Of a stretch of 64,000 bases of DNA, positions 28,771-41,767 are shown piece by piece; positions within the stretch are counted from its first letter, which is position 1, and each line of letters starts with the position of its first letter. A model generated the notes under the pieces. That model was not told the DNA's origin, made no database searches, and saw only the letters and a list, made by a program, of their open reading frames with translations. Made by a program: the position numbers and the translations under genes. The stretch comes from the human T2T-CHM13v2.0 reference genome, Homo sapiens: NCBI RefSeq assembly GCF_009914755.1, contig NC_060932.1. One strand, written 5' to 3'.

Positions 28771-29964
28771 GAAAGTGCAACCTCAAATTACATTTGCTTT
28801 GTAAGCAATCATGACCCATCATCAACTGACATTCACATCTTTTAGGATGTGTATTGTTATCAAGCACTTTTCCCACCCCTCCCATTGTCCTGAAAAAAAG
28901 CTTTTTATTATCCTAACTGGGAAACTTATCTAATTTTCTTATAAACTTTTATTTTGTAGATTTCTATCTGTCAAGATAATTTTGCATCTTGATAGACAGA
29001 AAACTTCTTGGTTAATCACAGATTTCAGCTTTTTGCTATTCACAGTCTGATATTCTGGCACTATTTCTTTACCCAAGTGGTTAAAAATGTTGAGCAGGAC
29101 CAAAAGCAAACACTAGGGCTCACCAGCAGTGAGGAGTTGTGATTATTCCACATTTCGTGCCACGCCTTTACCCCTAATCTGCTTACCCTTTTCTACCTTG
29201 CTTTTGCTCCAGAAATTTACTCTTACTGACTACATAAATGGAGCACTTTTTCCCTTTGGCTTCTGGTTGGATCTGCCAGTGGTAAGACACAGGAAGGGGA
29301 TCTGAGAGTGGAAGCAGGGAGAGGTCAAGATACTGTTTTCTCTACTCTCTCTCTTCCTCAACTTTGGGGGCTCTGTCAGTGGTTGCTTTTGTCATGCTCT
29401 CCTCCTTTCTTGACTCTGTCACTGGGCTCTAGTGACATCATCATCTCTCTTTAGCCTCTCATGCCCATGGGCAGTAATGGGTTCTGAGTCCCTGGGTACC
29501 TCAACATACTTGTTGGTTCCCTTGGATCCACTCACATCTATGCACAAAGACCATTACATTCTATTCAAAATCTCAGTGGAGCATCTTGTTTTACTGCCCT
29601 GGTCTGATGAGTACACTGCCACTGAATACGACATTTTAGATGTCTCTATTATGTGACTTTTCAAAATGATACGGTGAAGTTATTATTATAGAGAACTTAT
29701 AATGTTTCACTTAAATAATTCTTTATCATCCCAACACCATTTGTTACTACAAAATGATATAGTATAATAGCTTCAAACAATTTAAGGGGAAAAACCCCAG
29801 CTGTGATCAGAGAGTGCACAGTGCATACACACTCCAAACCCTCACCTCCATTAGTTCGTTATTTAGTTGTTATTTCTCCATTGTGAAAATCATGATATAA
29901 GTTAAGAGCAGCTGTTTGAAGTAGAAATAATATACCAACTTATAAATGTCTCATCAAGGGTTAC

Positions 29965-30085
29965 CATTTGCAATTTAGTCATAAGAGGTCACTCCACAGC
30001 CCCAGGGTGCCCTGGGCACTGTTTACTACATAATGAGCAACTAGGTTACTCTGATCATAGCTACTACCTATCAAATGTGATCCAG
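29965..30085 (-). pseudogene. Candidate exon of decayed gene
   Basis: AATCTCTTTTAG|CTGGAT...CAAATG|GTAACC; one frame reads GSHLIGSSYDQSNLVAHYVVNSAQGTLGLWSDLL*. Confidence 0.35.
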
Positions 30086-30384
30086 CTAAAAGAGATTCAG
30101 GTGTTTACAATCTCAATCTTATTGTTTGCACTAATGTTAGTAGAAAGACAAATGTATTTGGCATCAAAAGCTTAGGAGTAAGGGTCTCTTCCTTGCCCTA
30201 CTAAGGGTGGGCAAGGGCTTAGCTGCTCAGACCATAGAAGCAATGTTCAAATAGTCAGGGTTCTTGGAAGATTCTCTATTTGCTATTTAAATCACATCAG
30301 TCCCTTGACTGATGTATCAAATGTAGTGAAATTAGGGATGATGGGTAGGGAGTTGGGGCTAGAGGGGAGGAAGGACATAATTAC

Positions 30385-30551
30385 TTTAAACTCTTCTGGT
30401 GTAGAAATTTTCATCATGGTCCATTCTTTTCTTCCACCATAGGATATTCCTATTCCAGTTTTCTGAGAACATAAATGGCTGTTTGGTCACATCAAAAATT
30501 CCCAATCCCAAAGCCAAAGGCATTATTAATAGCCAGTATGATTCTAGAAAG
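30385..30551 (-). pseudogene. Candidate 167-bp exon of decayed gene
   Basis: Very long pyrimidine tract ending TTCTGTTTTTCAG| and donor TAAA|GTAATT. Confidence 0.5.
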
Positions 30552-31117
30552 CTGAAAAACAGAAAAAAAAAAAACAAAACAAAAAAACTGAAGCCACTTC
30601 TGCCAGGATCAAATAGTAGCTTGTCAATAGTGGAGCAACATTTAGAAACGTGGCTATGTCTGTTACTCAGACAGTGACATGATAGGGAAATTCCAAGTGG
30701 CAATAATCTTCATTTATTCTCAGAGTTGTGAAAACAATACATAGCTTTAAGTGCTTTAACAATGCTTTCTTAAAAGGTTATGTTATGTAGATGATGTTCA
30801 ATGAAATTAGAACGGCTTTCCTTGTATAATTAGATGTCATATTACTCAAAATGGAAATTTAGGGCTTTCTCTGTTGGAAATTTTAAAAAAAGCCTTCAGG
30901 AAGTCTTATGTGTCCATCTTTTATGTATCAGTTGAAATACTTTTATTACTCATATTGAGATTGCTTAGTTCCCATGATGAAATTTGGGTATTACATTATT
31001 AATAAATTAACTGTCTTTTTCTTAAAACTTTGAAAGCATCAATATTATGTTTCTATAAAAATCATATTTTTCCTGTTACTTTCTGTATTTTTCTACAATC
31101 TCTTAGAGTAAAATTAC

Positions 31118-31187
31118 CTTGATCTTTTCCTTTAATGCTGTCTTCTTCATTTTTTTGCTTTCTTCTATTGAATTTTGCTTTCATTGG
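31118..31187 (-). pseudogene. Candidate 70-bp exon of decayed gene
   Basis: TTTATTTTCTATTTTAG|CCAATG...ATCAAG|GTAATT; only phase 0 is open: PMKAKFNRRKQKNEEDSIKGKDQ. Confidence 0.6.
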
Positions 31188-32017
31188 CTAAAATAGAAAA
31201 TAAATAGAAATTTTAAAAAGATTGCAATTTACACTCATCGAGCACTTGCTATAAGGCATGCACTATGCCGACCCCTTTGCATACATAGTCTGCCACAACT
31301 TGGTTATTCCAAGATTCTATGGAAGAGTGTCCTACTTTACATTAAACATTTTTTAGGACTTAGAGAGTTAACTAACGCATATAAAGTAATACAGTAAGTG
31401 TTAGAGTTGAGATTACACCTCAAACTCATCTGAGAGCAATGTTTTCCAGTCTTATAAAAAATTTGTTACTACTTGTAATTATTTCATGGCACTTTGTGTC
31501 TCTTGCTCAAAGTAAAACCAAAAAAGAAATAACTGCATAAAAATAAATCTTGTGGAACGTTTCATATTTTGCTTCTTAAAGCAAAAGTTAATTTACATTT
31601 TATGTTTGTGACTACTGATGGACCATTTTCTCCTCTGAAGCTCAAAGGTTTAAATTTCTCTTTAAAATAGCTTAAACCCTTCAAAGATGAAGAAATAATT
31701 TCTAAATCCATGTTTCTGATTTTTCACTTAAAACATTCTGTATTCTACATATGCCTCCTAATTTTTTTAATTGAGGAAAATCACCTTTTTCCCCAATTGC
31801 AAAACCATCTTAAAATATGACATATTTTTATTCATTGATTATCAGTAGAGCAATCTATTCCATGAATTATACAATTTGTATAAGTTTATCTTTGAAATTG
31901 AGATTTTTTTGCTTTTGTTGGGTATTCACTATAAACCAAAATTTGATGGATTCAATAAATTAGCTTTCAGCAAGCAACCTGCTTGTGAGGAATAAAGGAC
32001 CCAATTGGTCAGCTCAC

Positions 32018-32171
32018 TGAAGCAGTAGTGGATGTAATGGTGCCCTCATGGCCATTCAGTAAATCAATTTCCTGATAAATCTTTGCTTACAGAAAATACT
32101 TTAAGTATCAAGACAATATACCATATATTGGCCTAGATTCTCTCTGGCCATCTCTCAAGAGGACGTTTGAC
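32018..32171 (-). pseudogene. Candidate 154-bp exon of decayed gene
   Basis: CTCTCAAAGCTTCAG|G...GCTTCA|GTGAGC; phase 2-0: SNVLLRDGQRESRPIYGILS*YLKYFL*AKIYQEIDLLNGHEGTITSTTAS. Confidence 0.5.
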
Positions 32172-33411
32172 CTGAAGCTTTGAGAGTTTGTTTGAAACTT
32201 TGAGATATTTCTTGGTCAAGGATAGTATAACATAGCCCTTGTATAGCAGTCATCTTATTCCTGATTATTACAGGGCTAGACTACATTATAGATTACAGGC
32301 TAAAATTTAGGTATACCATTAGTGAAGGACACAGTTTAGTGTAGAGGTTAAAAATGATGGCTTTATAGTAAAGCTGGATTCGAATCCTGGGCTTACTACT
32401 TATTCTCATTGTCACCTTAGACAAATTACCTAATCCTTTTAAGTATTCATCTTCTCACTCTAAATAGATTAAGACTACCAATCTTACTGAGTTGTAGAGC
32501 ATAGAAAATAGTCTATGTCTGGTACTTAGCACAGTGTCTGTTCTGCTTTGTAAAGGTCAGCTTTGACTTGGACATTAAACACAACATCTGTAACCATTAA
32601 TGCAGCAAATTAGCCCATGGTGCTAACAACTGTATGGTATGTGGTCAATGCTCTATGGAGGCCAATCAGCCTTACTCTGATTCATGGCCTCAGCTTTACT
32701 CGGCAAGGGCATAAGTATGCCAGAATAAATCTATATCCATTACTGGAGAAAAAAATCAAAATGTCTGCCCCAAGGCTGGTCAGTCAGTAAGGTCAGCCTC
32801 ATACATGAAGAGCAATATTAATGTTAAGTCCGTCTGCTCAAAAATAAAATGTTCACTTGCAGTTAACTTTGAGGACTGGGAGAAGTCAATGAATTAGCAG
32901 AATCTTAAGAAAGAGCAAAGTTAGATTGGAAAGGAAGTTCACAGTGAGTAGATTTCAAGCAGGAGCTTGGTGAGGCTACTGCCACAGAACTAGTTATAAG
33001 AAGGACTAAATATGACTGGAATAATTTGGATCTATGATGTCAATTAAACCATACTGTCATATGAAATTCCTTACAAAATTGGAGATGTGTAAATTGGTTC
33101 CCTTTCCAATAAAGAAGCACTCTTGAGTAGAAATTTAAAACAAAGCCAAAAGATAAACACTCTTTACTGGTGATTATTCCACTCTCGCCAAATGTTGTAT
33201 AAATAATAAAATGATATTAGTTTCAGATTATCAGCTTGCCAGAGGCACAGAAGAGCAAAAGCAAACATCTCCTGGTAATGTGGTTTCCTTGATGATGTAT
33301 GAATATAATAGCGAGGTGCTAATAGGAAGAGAACTTATGAATAAAAGGATTTGATTTTTTTCTGGTTTCTGCCATTGGCGAATCCTTTGGCACAGGCAGT
33401 GTAAGACGTAC

Positions 33412-33449
33412 CTTGATAAGTAGTGGGGATGATGCTTTACTGAATTAGT
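33412..33449 (-). pseudogene. Candidate 38-bp exon of decayed gene
   Basis: TCTGTTTTTCACCAG|ACT...TCAAG|GTACGT; phase 0-2, TNSVKHHPHYLS(R); upstream intron only 52 bp. Confidence 0.45.
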
Positions 33450-33501
33450 CTGGTGAAAAACAGACCATAATATCATAATTTACTTATCATTTGGGGCTTA
33501 C

Positions 33502-33575
33502 CTCAATTTAAGAGCTCTTGACAGCTACAAAAACTCATCAGGTTAACTCAAAAATCAAATTATCATCTTGCTTGC
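33502..33575 (-). pseudogene. Candidate 74-bp exon of decayed gene
   Basis: CTTGTTCTCCTTCTCCAG|GCAAG...ATTGAG|GTAAGC (both near-consensus); phase 1-0: KQDDNLIFELT**VFVAVKSS*IE. Confidence 0.55.
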
Positions 33576-33900
33576 CTGGAGAAGGAGAACAAGCATATTC
33601 ATCATCATTTAGAATTTTTTTAACAACACAGATTAACAATAAAGTAGTATCTCACATCTTTAAAGTATTTTACACTCTCTTGGGTGCTTTCACTTGCAGT
33701 AGCTCTCCGACACGCAGAAGTCAGGAGAACCAAGAAGATTACCTTCCTAACTATGCAGCTTTATGGAGACCAGGATGAGCTAACAGGAGACATGGTGAAG
33801 GGTGCATTCATGAAAAGCACACGTCACAGTGTCAAGTGTACTCGGGAAGGACTCACAGAATTAAAACACATTTTCTGGTTTTTTTTTTTACATTTAAAAC

Positions 33901-34382
33901 TTTTTATTTTATTTTATTATTATTATACTTTAAGTTTTAGGGTACATGTGCACAATGTGCAGGTTAGTTACATATGTATACATGTGCCATGCTGGTGTGC
34001 TGCACCCATTAAATTGTCATTTAGCATTAACTATATCTCCTAAAGCTATCCCTCCCCCCGCCCACCCCACAACAGTCCCCAGAGTGTGATGTTCCCCTTC
34101 CTGTGTCCATGTGTTCTCATTGTTCAATTCCCACCTATGAGTGAGAATATGTGGTGTTTGGTTTTTTGTTCTTGTGATAGTTCACTGAGAATGATGATTT
34201 CCAATTTCATCCATGTCCCTAAAAAGGACATGAACTCATCGTTTTTTATGGCTGCATAGTATTCCATGGTGTATATGTGCCACATTTTCTTAATCCAGTC
34301 TATCATTGTTGGACATTTGGGTTGGTTCCAAGTCTTTGCTATTGTGAATAGTACCGCAATAAACATACGTGTGCATGTGTCT
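33901..34382 (-). mobile_element. 5'-truncated L1PA3-like 3' end
   Basis: TTATTATACTTTAAGTTTTAGGGTACATGTGCAC...CCTAAAGCTATC...ACAGTCCCCAGAGTGTGATG. Confidence 0.93.
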
Positions 34383-35304
34383 GCCTGACAAAAAAAAGGC
34401 CAAAACTATTTGGCCCACCTCTGCAACTGAAACCACAGTTCCTTCCCATTCACAAAGGCTGTATTTCCCTTTATTTTTCTTGCTCTCCATTGTGCTCCTT
34501 TTTTCAAAAAAAAAAACTCATCTGAGGGCAAGATCAGGAGCCTCTTGCGGCCACAGAAACACCCAAAGTGCCTGCACCAATACAGACTTTCACAAACATC
34601 AAATATGAGAGGAATTAAAAAAATGAGATTTTTTTCCATTTGGTCTTTACTGAATCTTCAGTCATTTTAGGCACATGACATTACTTATTTGTGTCAATTC
34701 TTACCTCCTTTCCCTCAACCTTTTCCTTCCATAAGTTCTTCAAGTATTTGCTCAAATCTTACCTTCTCAGGGAGGTTTATCTTTTGAAACTTGCACACAT
34801 CCCTTAACATTGGGTGTCTGTGTGTGTGTGTATGGTGGGGGGTGATGATCCCCTGTCTCACTCTAAATTTTTTCATCACCTTCTAAGGTAGTATATAATT
34901 TTTGTATTTATGTTTGTTGTTCACAATCCATCTCTCCTCACTAGAACGCAAACTCCAGGAGGGCAGGGATCTTTGTTTAGTTCACTGATGAACACGCAAA
35001 GAAATATATGTTGAGTGGAAGAACAAACCAATGGTTTTCTTTTGTCCTTCTTATAGGTAACTCAATACTAACAAGCATCCCAACCAACTCTCATTTTAAA
35101 CTTCTAGAAGATGGCCAGGGAAAAATGTTAACATGCATTTGCTGAACACATCTTATTTTGCAGAGAGGAATAGAAGCATATTTCAATAGAGATGTGAAAA
35201 AGCTGCTGAAGGTCTAGCACAGAACTTACTAATAGTGTGTAACAAATTATTGGGTTTTAGAAATTCAATTTAGTTCTCAACATGTGCCGCTTCACCACCT
35301 GCAT

Positions 35305-35635
35305 ACACATGAGTCACACCCACACCCGCTCTCTCTGCCAGCTCCACCTTTTATCCTCCCCCTCATTAGCCAACACCTAATTACATACTAATTGGCTCAG
35401 AGAACACAAGCTTGTTATTGCACTAAAAACACTCAGAGCTCCCCCACAGACAGATTCTCATGAAAACCAAATATAAAAGGAGTTGGCCCACTGCCTGGTT
35501 TTCTTCTAGGTCCCGGACACACAGATTAGTGTTTGTTTTCAGGCTTCTCCTAAGTCATATTTTTCAGGGGCACATTTCAATACTCGGTACCAGCCAATGG
35601 GACCAACCAGATTTGAGTCTCTCATGCGGGCAGCA
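35305..35635. promoter_or_regulatory. Candidate enhancer/promoter motif cluster
   Basis: AP-1 TGAGTCA 35310-35316, tandem CACCC 35315-35327, TAATTA/TAATTG, TATAAAAG 35472-35479, AGCCAAT near 35592; motif evidence only. Confidence 0.35.
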
Positions 35636-36344
35636 ATTTCAGACAGAAAGGACCTTTATAGATGACCTTAATTGTTATGTGAATGGTTCATTAGACAGAG
35701 ACACCTGCAGATCACCGGGAACATTTCTTCATTAAGCTTACTATTGTTCCCCTTATGTGATCCCTGAACATCAAAGTGTTCAAACTGCAACTCTCTAGGA
35801 TTAGATAAACTGATTTTATAAATACATTAGGAACAAGAACATGTAGCTCTCTTTGCTGAAATTCATTTTTCTTCCAATGGAAAACACACCAAACCATTCC
35901 CACCATCAAAACACAACTAAATGAACTGCGACTAATGACAGAATATTAGGAGTCTGAGTGGAGATGGAGTTTTGTGAAACTGTGGGTTTCTTTTTTTTTT
36001 TTTCCAACTAGAATCTGGTACTGTAATTACCAGTAAGGATAGGTTCAGACACCTGGAGGAGGAGACAAAAATATAGAACAGAGTGTCCACATTGGCTGCA
36101 TACTGCTCTCCCACACTCCCCTAGTGTGGGCGAGGTGGGGGCGGCACCAGGGGGAAGATGCTTGCCATGTTCGGAAATGGAATGCCGTATCAGGGCAGGA
36201 AGAATTAAGAACAAGGAGGGAAGAAACCCTTCAAGCTACATCTGTCTCCCAAACGGAGCCACAGACCAGCTCCAATTGCACATATAAAGGAGATGAAGAA
36301 TTTTGGAGACAGTCCACTGCAAATTGTTGTTGCTTTGCTTTGTA

Positions 36345-36647
36345 TTTTTTTTTTTTAGACGGAGTCTCGCTCTCACCCAGGCGAGAGTGCAGTGGCGCGA
36401 TCTCGGCTCACTGCAAGCTCCGCCCCCGAGTTCCCGCCATTCTCCTGCCTCAGCCTCCTGGTAGCTGGGACTACAGGCGCCCGCCACCACGCCCGGCTAA
36501 TTTTTTTTTTTTTTTTTTTTTGTATTTTCAGTAGAGACGGGGTTTCACTGTGTTAGCCAGGATGATCTCGATCTCCTGATCTCGTGATCCGCCTGCCTCT
36601 GCCTCCTAAAGTGCTGGGATTATAGGCGTGAGCTACCGCGCCCGGCC
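36345..36647 (-). mobile_element. AluY
   Basis: AluY diagnostics; 18-bp TSD TGTTGTTGCTTTGCTTTG; expanded central T run. Confidence 0.95.
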
Positions 36648-38098
36648 TGTTGTTGCTTTGCTTTGATGGTGTGAAGCAGGGGCTGAAAGATGGATTCCCT
36701 ACTTGGATAAGCCGAGATTCTCAGAGTATTATTTAATCAAACTTCACTACAATGCAGAGATCTCTTACACAATATCTGTGTCAGATTATTATTCTATCTC
36801 TGAACAACTTTAGTAGTGGGAAACCTACTTGATAATCCAGTCCTTTTGAGGAAAGGTTGCATTTATATATACACCTTTAAGTATCACAGATACCACAACG
36901 AACAATTGTATGGGTTTATGTTCTTTTTCATTTAAACCTCATGCTATAAATTCCACATTCTAAGTATTGTTAATATTGTTATTATTATTAAATGAATAAA
37001 CAAATAATTAATGTACAAAGGGTGGTACACAGTATCCAACACATGGTAAGGCCTCAATAACTATTAGTTGAGTCAATAAATCTTTTTAAAGCACAGTGCC
37101 AGTTTCATATGTGCTGGAAACTTATTTGGTGAATGTATTGGCCCGGGTTCTTAGTTACAGACAATAAAACTCACTTTAGCATGTTTAAACGGAGATAAGA
37201 GTCATAAACAGCATAGAATCATTGAGTAGCCTGAAGAAACAGACTCTTTGTTTCCAGGAAAGCCCCAAACCGCACCACACAACTGGGCTTTTACTTGTGC
37301 TGCTGCTGGATCCAATGGTTCAGGGTGAGAGAGTTCCTGCTGCCTGCTCTGGAACCATACCAAGTCTACCAGGGTGTGCATGGCTGACTGAATGCCTTTC
37401 AGCTGTTTCTCTCCACTCTTAACTACATTTCAAATTAAAACCCTGCATGAGTGTGTCTGATTGGTGGACTCTAACAAATCAGGAACCTCCTCCACTGGAA
37501 CCTTAGAAATAGACTTTTTAACGTTTCATTTGTCTAAACACATCAAGTGAGTTGACCATTCACAACATCTGCCACAGTGGGGTGGGAGCTGTGAGCAGGG
37601 ACCTGAGCAATAGCTCATGAGGACAACGGACTTGGGCAAACTGACTTCTTCCCAGGCCATCAGCAGTATCTGAGCAATCTGGGATGAATCCCACAAATTC
37701 ATAAGATTTGCAAACAGTATGAACTATTCCACCAACCTCTTCACCCTCTTGTTCTCCCAACATGATGAATGTGTGATTCATCATGATCTGGTCCTGACAT
37801 TCACTTCTGCCTATCCTTACCTAAAAATTAATATCAACACCTGCTTGGAGTCCACTGAGCAAATACATTGCCATTTCTTGCCTTTGCATCTTTATGTTTA
37901 TTGTCTCTTTGCTTTATTTCCTTTTCTTTCTGTGGGTTTTCCTGATTCAAGGTCAAGTTTGGGCATTACCTCTACTAGAAAGCCTTCCTTAATTCTCCAA
38001 TACTGGGTCAGTTGTCTCTGCCATAGTATCAAGTGAATTATCTTTGTACTTGTAATATTTAATTATCATCATCACTTTGTGGGTGCGTGTCTCTCTCA

Positions 38099-38197
38099 TT
38101 GTATTGTGAGTTCCTTGAAGGACAGGTCTACAAATTATTCATCCTCCTTTTGCATTGTGAGCTCGTTGAAGGACAGGTCCACAAATTATTCATCCTC
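38099..38197. repeat. 51-bp-period tandem duplication in an L2-like end
   Basis: Two copies of TTGyATTGTGAGyTCsTTGAAGGACAGGTCyACAAATTATTCATCCTC, 4 mismatches. Confidence 0.9.
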
Positions 38198-38543
38198 ATG
38201 TTGAAATATAGTGTCTAACAGTATTCATCAGGGATGGATAACTCCTTTAACAAACACTATGAACATTGCAATGACTTGACTCAGTAAATATTTATTGAAT
38301 AAACATCTATTGCTTACTCACATTATCGTTCAATTTGGGTCAGTGGAGGCTATGCTCCACCCAGTCATTCAGGAACCCAGGCTATTTTTATGATTCAACT
38401 CTGCCATATTTTAGACTTCTATTTTCTTCTCCTTTATAAAGGAAATAGAAAAAGAAAAAAATAAATAATTGTGGCAGAGGTATACTACTTTTTAGGTGGT
38501 AGACCTGGAAGAGGTATATATGACTTCCGTGTGTGTTCCTTTG

Positions 38544-38591
38544 ACTAGAACTTAGTCTCTTGTCCCCACTAGAACTTAGTCTCTTGTCCCC
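38544..38591. repeat. Perfect 24-bp tandem duplication
   Basis: ACTAGAACTTAGTCTCTTGTCCCC x2. Confidence 0.95.
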
Positions 38592-38997
38592 ACCTAACTG
38601 CCAGGGAGTTGGAAAATGAAGTCTAACTGTGAGGTCAGGAAGAAGAAGAAATGTCATTTAGTTAACGCAAAGGATTACTTATACCACAATACACATTTCT
38701 GGCCACCAAATATCATTCTTTCTCTCACAGGAGAGACAACTCAAAGTCCCATTCAATCATGGTGTACAGCTCAAAGTTCAGAATCTCTTGGTGATGCTCA
38801 GTTCTCTCCACCATGATCCTGTAAGTTAAGAATTAGAAAGACAAGTTTTCTGCAAGTGCCACCCCATTCTAATCTTATGCACCCAATGTACAGTGGTACA
38901 ACAAGAACAAAATAACTGCAATAATATCTCCCATTCAGAAAAGTGAAAAATAAAAGATGCAGCAGTAACTTATTCATAGCATATAAAAATCCTTTAG

Positions 38998-39420
38998 GCC
39001 AGGCGTCGGCAAATATTTTCCCCTCCCTCCCTCACTTCTTTCCTTCCTTCTTCCTTCCTTTTTTTTCTTTCTTTCTTCCTTCCTCTCTCTTTTTCTTCTC
39101 TCTCTCTGTCTCTGTTTCTCCTTTTGAGATGGGATCTTGCCATGTTGCCCAGGCTGGTCTTGAACTTCTGGACTCAAGCCATCCTCTCACCTCAGCCTCC
39201 CAAACAAATGCTTTCCTAAAGAACATTCAGTTCCTATTTCCTAAAATGGCCAATATTTTAGGTTTGCAGGCTATATACTGCCCACTGCAATTACTCAACT
39301 ATGCCATTGTAGTTCAAAAGAAGCTATGGAGAATATATAAAGCCCCGCTATATTTCAATGAAGCTTTATTTATAAAAACAGTACACATGCACCTGGCCTG
39401 TAGTCTACAGATCTATGCTT
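38998..39420. mobile_element. MER58A-like element interrupted by a minus-strand Alu monomer (~39120-39202) and CT-rich tract
   Basis: CAGGCGTCGGCAAATATTTT ... AATATTTTAGGTTTGCAGGC...CTCAACTATGCCATTGTAG...TTTATTTATAAAAACAG. Confidence 0.7.
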
Positions 39421-40164
39421 GAGACAAACATTCTGAAGTCTGCCTAACTTAGAGATGGGGAGAGTTGCTTGATTAGGGCCTGATCTCCCTTTTTGGGAAG
39501 AATTCCAGTGTCCATTTTTCCTCCACAGCATCTGGCTCAACAGTAAGAGATTTTTTTTTGGTTTATTATTCTACTGGACCATATCTGAAATGGGAATTGA
39601 GGAATATGCACAACTTTCTCAACTGCTTCTAGCCAGAGCAAGTGGAAAACATAAAGTTTGTTTTATAGTTCGGACCATCAAAGACTCGTGGTGTCTTTGG
39701 CAATATGATTGTCTCAACAAATCAGTAGGCTTCTGATTTATTTGGTCCCAGTCAGTTCCACATGTAAATGACTATACAGAACTTTTCTAATCATAGCTGT
39801 AAAATATGCCTTATTTTAAAGTTTATTTTCCTCATGTCTTTCTCAGTTTAATAAATTACCTTAATATCATCCAAAACAATGATTAGGAAGACCACACTAG
39901 TGCTGTGCAGTTGGGTTTACTGTAGGGTTGATCAACTGAGAATGTTTCCTGCTGCCTTGTTGGTCAAGACCTTTTAATTTTTTATCTTACTAACTGGGAT
40001 CTGAAGCAATCAGCTGTTCTCTCTAGGATGCTTCATATTTCTGGACTCTGTATTCCCTTTCATTTCTGCTTAAAAATAAGATACTGAAAACCAATGATAA
40101 TAAAAATATAGTGATACTCTAATGCTAATCACTTCCCCTAGAGCAACAGATTCAATAGGTATAT

Positions 40165-40980
<816 letters not shown>

Positions 40981-41014
40981 TATCATCTGCCTTCCAAGTT
41001 ATTGCAGGTGACAT

Positions 41015-41322
41015 TTTTTTTTGTTTTTGTTTCTTGTGAGACAGAGTCTCACTCTTTTGCCCAGGCAATAGTGCAGTGGCATGATCTCAGCTCACTGCAA
41101 CCTCTACCTCCCAGGTTCAAGCGATTCTCTCATGCCTTAGCCTCATGAGTAGCTGGGACTACAGGCATGCACCACCACACCAAGATAATTTTTGTATTTT
41201 TTTTGTAGCAGTGGGGTTTCACCATGTTGGCCAGGCTGGTCTTGAACTCCTGGCCTCCAGTGATCTGCCTGCCTTGGCCTCCCAAAGTGCCAGGACTACA
41301 GGTGTAAGCCACTGTGCCCAGC
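41015..41322 (-). mobile_element. AluS (old)
   Basis: Reverse dimeric Alu; TSD TGCAGGTGACA. Confidence 0.92.
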
Positions 41323-41462
41323 TGCAGGTGACAGCTTTACCAAATGTTTTTGACACTGCATGAATTATCAATATTCCAACCTCCAGTATCATTTTCCTTA
41401 CCATGTACTATCTGACTGCTAAGCCAATTTCACACATTTTAGGTTTTGTTTTGGCAGCACCC

Positions 41463-41767
41463 TTTTATTTTCTTTCTTTTTTTTGAGATGGAGTCTCACT
41501 CTGTTGCCCAGACTGGAGTTGCAGTGGCACCACCTTGGCTTACTGCAACCTCCGCCCTCCGAGTTCAAGCAATTCTCCTGCCTCAGCCTCACGAGTAGCT
41601 GGGATTACAGGTGCCTGCCACCGCACCCGGCTAATTTTTTTGTATTTTTAGTAGAGACAGGGTTTTACCATCTTGGCCAGGCTAGCTTTGAACTCTTGAC
41701 CTCGTGATCCACCTGCCTTGGCCTCCCAAAGTGCTGGGATTACAGGCATGAGCCACCTTGCCTGGCC
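41463..41767 (-). mobile_element. AluS (Sg-like)
   Basis: Reverse dimeric Alu, GACCTCGTGATCC; TSD GGCAGCAC(C/T)CTTTT. Confidence 0.92.

Noticed and set aside
30386-30703. 105-aa minus-strand ORF as a standalone membrane protein
   Set aside because: Its hydrophobic stretch is the translated poly-T tract of a probable splice acceptor
32018-32071. LNGHEGTITS as a WD40 repeat start
   Set aside because: No following WD40 pattern in the adjacent candidate exons
35466-35480. CCAAATATAAAAGG as an SRF CArG box
   Set aside because: Ten A/T bases between CC and GG rather than six
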